A stretch of DNA of 64,000 bases, from positions 6,138,001 through 6,202,000 of the forward strand of contig OZ361256.1 in NCBI GenBank assembly GCA_977018835.1, in the 5' to 3' direction. Shown here piece by piece: positions 58,380 to 64,000 of this stretch (positions are counted from its first letter, which is position 1; each line of letters opens with the position of its first letter). This DNA is from Minutocellus sp. GHC0000111. Taxonomy: Eukaryota. A program made the position numbers and the translations under genes. Under the pieces are notes generated by a model. It searched no databases. It was not told the origin of the DNA and saw nothing but the letters and a program-made list of their open reading frames with translations.

Positions 58380-58991
58380 ATGAACCAATCCTCGACCACC
58401 GCCCAAAAGGCTCGCTCTCCTTTGGAAACTGTTTTCCTGGCCCGGCAGCTTCGTCTCGATCAAGAAAATGTCCTTCCTACATGCGCCGCCGGCAACGCTG
58501 CCGCCGCCTCCACCTCAAGCGGCATTGCCGTGGATAACCTACAAGAACAACTAACCCCGAGAAGGACAAACGACGACGACAGTAACGATGACGATGGCAT
58601 CGATGCAACAGTCATCCGCAGCAAGACATCCGAGACCTGGACCAGTGGTCTCCAGATCCACCCCCCGCCTCCAAGGCCCACACGTAAATCTTCATCGGAC
58701 AGGCACCACATGCACGCGGGCGCCACCGTCCATGGGCGGTCCGTGCACCATCTGGCCTGGGCTCGCGACTTTTTCGGTGATGTGGACGACGAAAGTGACG
58801 ACGAAAGTGACAACGACTCCAACGATAGCGATTCGCCTACATGTACGCGCATTTCCTCCGGCAGCCAGAAAGCAAAAATCAAGGCATTCAATGGGCTGCT
58901 GGTGGGAGCACTCCTGCGGCTCTATCCTAGCATGAACACATCGTTATCCCCGGATAACCGCCAAGAAGCGAAAACGTTACCGGCTATTTAG
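58380..58991 (+). CDS. Hypothetical protein (203 aa, low complexity)
   Basis: ATG-initiated ORF flanked by AT-richer DNA; acidic tracts; no recognisable domain. Confidence 0.5.
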   Translation: MNQSSTTAQKARSPLETVFLARQLRLDQENVLPTCAAGNAAAASTSSGIAVDNLQEQLTPRRTNDDDSNDDDGIDATVIRSKTSETWTSGLQIHPPPPRPTRKSSSDRHHMHAGATVHGRSVHHLAWARDFFGDVDDESDDESDNDSNDSDSPTCTRISSGSQKAKIKAFNGLLVGALLRLYPSMNTSLSPDNRQEAKTLPAI

Positions 58992-59356
58992 TTACGTGTA
59001 CATACGCACATGAGTGCCGTGTCAGCATCACGCATCACACGAAAATGCCAATCTCGTCTCGTTTCCGTGCTTGTATATATTTTGACATCGTGGGTTTCAA
59101 GTAAGAAAGTCTAGTGATACAAACAGAATTCTAAATAAATGAACCACAAAACTCTACACATGTTGTGTACTGTTCGGCCATGTATGTATTCAAATATTTT
59201 TTGGCATAAGGCACTGTTGTATTTAGCTACAGCTGTAGCGTTTCTGTCTTGAAGACTTCTTCGAAACTTACAGAAGGTTATCGCAGGAAGACAACAGATT
59301 CATTGTTGCACTACATCATTGATCAAACATGCTGCAAATCGATACCACCCTCCTCT

Positions 59357-61534
59357 TTATGCAGCTCGAGATCTGTAGCTCTTGATGGTAGAGAAACTCT
59401 TCCCGAGTTCATTTTCCGAGTCATCCTCGTCGTCACCGCCCTTCTGTTGAACGTCGTCCAGGTTCACACTTCCATCGCCCTCTTCGGATGATGTCAGCGA
59501 CAGCCGCCGGCTGCTTCGGCGGCGCTGAAGAGCGGCTGCCGATGCCATCATGGCGTGCTGCTCACTCAGTCGACGGAACAGAGCTTGGTGCCGACCAATG
59601 GCCTCCTGTACATCACCGCTCTGCAGTTTGGCGGCGAGGTATTGGCTGGCCTGGAGACTTACATGTGCACTAGCTTCGAGGTCACTGGTGCTTTCCTCTC
59701 CAGTGGTCTTGGGCCCAGCGGCAATGTCCTCTTGGGTGAAAAATTGTTCGTCCTCGTCACTGGCAGAATCGGAGCGGTAGTCGCTCAACTCCTCCTCCAT
59801 GTCGTCAAAATTCAACAATAGGGTGCTCATTCTTCCGCTTTTTCGGCGTGTGTCAGTCGGGGCAACGTAGGAGGATCGGCGGATCCCACCACTTATGCCA
59901 CTTCCAGCTGTGCTAGCGCCGCTGTTACCGGTGGCAGAAGAGGATGAGGCCAAACTTTCCACAGACGACCGACGGCTGTTATGAACTCCGGCAGAACCCA
60001 CGGAGGATAGCATCGGCGCACGCTTTCCTCGCTTGGGACGGTTGGACAATGACCTCGTAGAGCGGGCAGCCTTGTCGGTCTCCTCCCCCCTGGCGTTCTG
60101 GTTGGTTGCAGTTGATTCCTCAAAGGCGTCCTCTCTCAATTCTTTTTCAATATTTTCTCCGAGAGCTGCCAACATTTCATTGCTGAATGTTCTCTTCATG
60201 GAACCGAAGGAGCTGCCGAGCGAGTCGGCCAGAACCTGGGCGGCGGTGCGTTCCGTGCCCGCTGCGTCCATATCCTTTACATCGAGCTCTAGCACCTGCC
60301 CGGTTATGCCGGACTCGCCGAATCTGGAAATGCTACTGCTCGCATGGAGCGTGCTGACGCTGCTGTTATTCAAACTGTTCAGGATGGCCTGCTGCTCGGT
60401 CACGTCGACGGCCTCGTCCTGCAACGCCAGGGCCTCCATCGATACCAAGCTCAGAGCACTGGAGAACGCCCTCCGAAGGCCGGTGCTGACCTGATTGGCC
60501 TGGTCGCGGACCGCCTGCTCCTGCCGGCTCAGGACGGCCGACGCCCTTCGACTCCATCGCTGTTGGTCTTGCTGTTCCTGCTCCATTTCGGCCTCGACCA
60601 GCTCCTGCTTCTCGGTGTGGTAGCACTTGGTCTGCATCACCTGCTCCCTCAGCAATTCCTTGGCCGCCACGTTGGTAATACTTCCCGTGGTGGAACAGCG
60701 CGATTTGAACTGCCTCCACAGTTCGTCGTCGACGGTCACCTTGGCGGCATCGGTCTTGATGGAGCGGGCCAGGTTGGCATCGACGGCCTTGTTGTTCCGG
60801 CCGCGATGGTACGAGCTGCTGGACGAGGCGGCGCTGGCCATGGACCCGCGGCGGCTGGCGGACGCTCCCGACAGGACCGAACCGCGGCGGCTACTGGCGT
60901 TGGCGTTGCCGTTGCCGAGAGAGGTGACGGACGACATCATGGAACCCCGACGTCTACATGTATTTTGGGCCGCCGGTGCCAGATTGTGCGTGGCACTGCC
61001 GCTGTGGACGGAGCTGACCTGGCTGCCCCGCCGGTTCATGTTGGACAGCATCCTGTTCGACGCGTTTCCTTCGCTGCCGCCGGTGACATCGATGGACCTC
61101 CCGACGAGGCTTTGCCTTTGCCCATGAGTATTGCCATTGATGCTGCTGCTGTTGTTCGTGCTTTGCACCTCCGTCTCGCTTCGTGTGATGCTGTCGAAAA
61201 TGCTCCCGCTGCCGGTGCTGCCAAAGCTGTCCAGGGAATCTCGACGGGAGCTTCTTCGTCTCTGATAGCTCTTGTTGGTTTTGTTGTTGGCTGCTCCTCC
61301 CATTCCATCGGCGTCGGCCATCGGGACCGTGTAATCCTGGTACTCGTCGACATATTTCTCTTCTGCCCCGTAATTTTCAGTTTTGGCAGCTCGTTGCATC
61401 ATCTTGGCAGCCTCCGCCTCGTGCAGGGCCAGCGCCCCGCCGGTGCTGTCGTGCAGCGACGCCGAGATCATCCCATACCGACCCTCCTCGGGCAGGTACA
61501 CGTATCGGCCCGTGCGCTCCTGCTCGGACACCAT
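59357..61534 (-). CDS. Large disordered Ser-rich protein with many RRxS motifs and a coiled coil
   Basis: 725-aa ORF with high GC3; repeated RRSS/RRDS/RRGS/RRAS/RRLS. Confidence 0.75.
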   Translation of the reverse strand: MVSEQERTGRYVYLPEEGRYGMISASLHDSTGGALALHEAEAAKMMQRAAKTENYGAEEKYVDEYQDYTVPMADADGMGGAANNKTNKSYQRRRSSRRDSLDSFGSTGSGSIFDSITRSETEVQSTNNSSSINGNTHGQRQSLVGRSIDVTGGSEGNASNRMLSNMNRRGSQVSSVHSGSATHNLAPAAQNTCRRRGSMMSSVTSLGNGNANASSRRGSVLSGASASRRGSMASAASSSSSYHRGRNNKAVDANLARSIKTDAAKVTVDDELWRQFKSRCSTTGSITNVAAKELLREQVMQTKCYHTEKQELVEAEMEQEQQDQQRWSRRASAVLSRQEQAVRDQANQVSTGLRRAFSSALSLVSMEALALQDEAVDVTEQQAILNSLNNSSVSTLHASSSISRFGESGITGQVLELDVKDMDAAGTERTAAQVLADSLGSSFGSMKRTFSNEMLAALGENIEKELREDAFEESTATNQNARGEETDKAARSTRSLSNRPKRGKRAPMLSSVGSAGVHNSRRSSVESLASSSSATGNSGASTAGSGISGGIRRSSYVAPTDTRRKSGRMSTLLLNFDDMEEELSDYRSDSASDEDEQFFTQEDIAAGPKTTGEESTSDLEASAHVSLQASQYLAAKLQSGDVQEAIGRHQALFRRLSEQHAMMASAAALQRRRSSRRLSLTSSEEGDGSVNLDDVQQKGGDDEDDSENELGKSFSTIKSYRSRAA

Positions 61535-61679
61535 GCTGGTTCGTGTCGAGCTGTTTCGGAAAATGCTTTATTATGTGCTGCTTTTGCTTAGATATCAATC
61601 AATCAGTCAGCTTTTCAAATATCAGCCAGGACAGGAGAAACCGAGACAGCCTGCGAGAGTAGATGGTCATCTATCTATC

Positions 61680-62190
61680 TGACGTCTCGCCGACAGCTGG
61701 CTCCTTCGTCAACAACGCGAGCGGAGAGGCAGTTGAATGGCTCTCTTGGACAGTCAGTTGGATGGCTGCTTTGCAGTGCCTTGCTTTACTCCTGCCCCTC
61801 GCGATGTCGGCAGAGATATTTATGACGCGAAATGTACTGGAGGAAGGAACGAGTGTCCAAAGAGGATAAATGTTGGTTGGCCCCGTCAGACAATCCTGCA
61901 CAAAATCCGTTCCCGTTTCCATATATATTTTGACGTCAAAATATCACCAAAAACTGCACAGCCTCTCCCAAGTACCTAGGTACTAGTATTATGTGCTCCC
62001 GTGACGTCGCGACCAAGCCATCTCACACAGAGAACATACTTAGTAGAGTAGTATTACTAGTATTGCCAAACTTGCCACGTCAGCGGTCTTTTCGGCCTCA
62101 AATGAGAGCTTTTGGATCTTCTGCCTGTTGATTTCCGCAGGCCGATTACGACGAATAAGATTATGCGTTCAGCCAGCCAAAGTGTGACGT
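61680..62190. promoter_or_regulatory. Cluster of five TGACGT (CRE/bZIP-type) elements in a divergent promoter
   Basis: TGACGT at 61680, TGACGTCA at 61931, TGACGT at 62002, ACGTCA at 62077 and TGACGT at 62185. Confidence 0.5.
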
Positions 62191-62525
62191 TGGTAGCGAA
62201 CACGTCCATTGAAAAATCGGACAAACCAAAATATCAGCCATCAATCGACCGCTGCTTTTCCTACGTAGTTTTTAGGCTCAGTTGAAGAAGGACGAACATA
62301 AAACCCATAAGTCGAACCATCATCGGCCCCGGAAAGCTTCACTTTTTGAAGCGAAGAAAACGGCAATCAGCAAGCGTAGCCACGCATCCACTACATCATA
62401 TCACTTTTTTTACAAGCCAGCACCGCAACACTTTTTCTTCACCAGAGAACGCATCGCATCATATTTTGCATATAATATCCATCCATCTATCCATCCATTA
62501 TCGAATTTCAGCGAAAACCTTCACC

Positions 62526-63092
62526 ATGACGAGCGCCGAGAGCAAGACCAACGCTACCGCAAACGCAAGCAGCACCTCCGCCGCTACCGCCGCCCTTGAG
62601 AAACAGCAAGAGGCCATCAAAAGCGGAATCGTCAGCCAGAGACGTCAATCGAATCCTCAAGACGTTGCCGAAGAAGAGCAACACATCAAAGATATTATCA
62701 TCGTCGAACCGGTCAACTTTGATGTTCACAAGCAGAACCACATGCACGGGGCGACTCCCGACGGCCATCACCCCAACGAAGAGGACTTGACCGAGGAAAC
62801 GCTCAAACGCAATTTCTCCACGGAGTCCTTCGCCCTTGCCTTCATCCGGCGCAACATCTCCAAGCCCATGCTTAACGTCGTCAAGAGATCCCGCCGAGGC
62901 GGACGTCGGCCTGGTAAGAGGAACTCCGATGCCGAGCAGTCCGACGACAGGCTCGACGTCGACGAGGTGGAGGCTCCGTCGACATCCACCTCGCGCCGCG
63001 GTTCCGTGATGCGTCGTCTTTCCTCGGCCATCCGGGCTTCTCCCCGATCGTCCCTCGTCATCGCCGCCGAGGAGGATGATATGTTCTTCTAA
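62526..63092 (+). CDS. Hypothetical protein with RRxS motifs
   Basis: ATG at 62526, high GC3; RRQS, RRGS, RRLS. Confidence 0.65.
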   Translation: MTSAESKTNATANASSTSAATAALEKQQEAIKSGIVSQRRQSNPQDVAEEEQHIKDIIIVEPVNFDVHKQNHMHGATPDGHHPNEEDLTEETLKRNFSTESFALAFIRRNISKPMLNVVKRSRRGGRRPGKRNSDAEQSDDRLDVDEVEAPSTSTSRRGSVMRRLSSAIRASPRSSLVIAAEEDDMFF

Positions 63093-63628
63093 TGCTACTG
63101 TCGCCGTCAAACATACATTGCAATTGACAATCATCAAATCATTTCACGCACGTGCACCGATACATGCGCAGTGCTTTCATTCATCAAAATGATTCGTCAG
63201 GGACAAGCAACAAGAAAAAAATACTTGCCGCTACAAGCTACAGAATCTGAAACATAACGTGCTACAAGCTACCAAAACCATGCGCTACATTTATATATCA
63301 ATTCCTTACGAGTTCGTATCGTCAAAATTATGATTTCATCGGACGACCTAGAGGAGGTCAACCATATAATTAGAAAAGAGTAACAATGATACATAACACA
63401 CTTTATCTTGAAAACCCTTGAAGGATAGTGGACGATCAGCTAGTCTGCTCAGTAGGTAGGATAAAGTACATGTACCTCTACCATGGATCGATACTGTAAT
63501 ATGCCCAAGCACAGCATACATTGTCATCGAAAAAATGCGTGCTCTAAGCTATCTAGAGGCGTAGTCCGGTAGGTCCGTGTCCTTGTCATTATATGTACTA
63601 TAAATTAGTTGCTAGCTAGCTATCTATT

Positions 63629-64000
63629 TCACGCAGCTTTCGCCTCGAGACGGCGAATACCTCGGCAATAGGCCTCGTCGCTAGCGGCCTGCATGATGGC
63701 CTTTTCAATATCATCTTTTGAGATGGTCTCTGATATGTTCTTGAGTAGACGTTCATCCGCAAGGAAAAGAACTTGCTGCCATGCTTCGTCTTGGGCATTA
63801 AGAATTGCATCGATCCTGCTTGTGTGGCTTCGATTTGCGTTGCGAGTTGCGGATCGACTGATCACTTTCTCAAGGCCACGGATGCAGCGGGTGTCGTCGA
63901 ACGATGTTGGTAGGTGACCTCTGCGGGCGGCACGAACTGTTTCAATGATTTCGTTGTCGTTCGCCAGTATGTCGGCCTTGGTCCTCCATGTTGCATCGCG
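63629..64000 (-). CDS. 3' part of a diatom 'RGLE'-family hypothetical protein (truncated by window end)
   Basis: Open frame from 64000: ATWRTKAD...CIRGLEKV...IDAILNAQ...S...IEKAIMQAASDE...TGA; same pattern as 31758-32795. Confidence 0.7.
   Translation of the reverse strand, partial: RDATWRTKADILANDNEIIETVRAARRGHLPTSFDDTRCIRGLEKVISRSATRNANRSHTSRIDAILNAQDEAWQQVLFLADERLLKNISETISKDDIEKAIMQAASDEAYCRGIRRLEAKAA

Noticed and set aside
60344..61591. 415-aa plus-strand ORF
   Set aside because: Antisense shadow of the RRxS-rich gene.

Overview
Gene-dense eukaryotic nuclear DNA, almost certainly from a diatom. Evidence: short GT-AG introns, bipartite 'AF(A/V)P' plastid-targeting peptides, two fucoxanthin-chlorophyll LHC genes, a diatom-type cyclin and diatom-specific protein families. 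About 29 protein-coding loci can be supported. Recognisable products include BCAT, PP1, a GT8 glycosyltransferase, an amino-acid permease, NRT2, EndoU, an EGLN-like hydroxylase, CCCH-WD40 and a STAND-like AAA ATPase. Many genes carry single-base frameshifts, often at homopolymers, most simply read as long-read assembly errors. Highlights: (1) a 5.57-kb P-superfamily DNA transposon (34318-39891) with bipartite TIRs, an 8-bp TSD (GTTCTGCC) and a ~1500-aa THAP-like/DDE transposase, inserted ~28 bp upstream of a cupin gene; (2) an AlkB(ALKBH2/3-type) dioxygenase fused to a THUMP-UPF0020 RNA methyltransferase; (3) an NRT2 fused to an N-terminal RVxF-type module; (4) an EndoU preceded by a duplicated ~80-aa unknown domain; (5) a purple-acid pseudophosphatase; (6) a STAND ATPase fused to a diatom CxxC domain; (7) unannotated tandem repeats and TGACGT clusters in promoters. 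No rRNA, tRNA or CRISPR array was recognised. All family calls come from motifs read by eye; no database searches were run.
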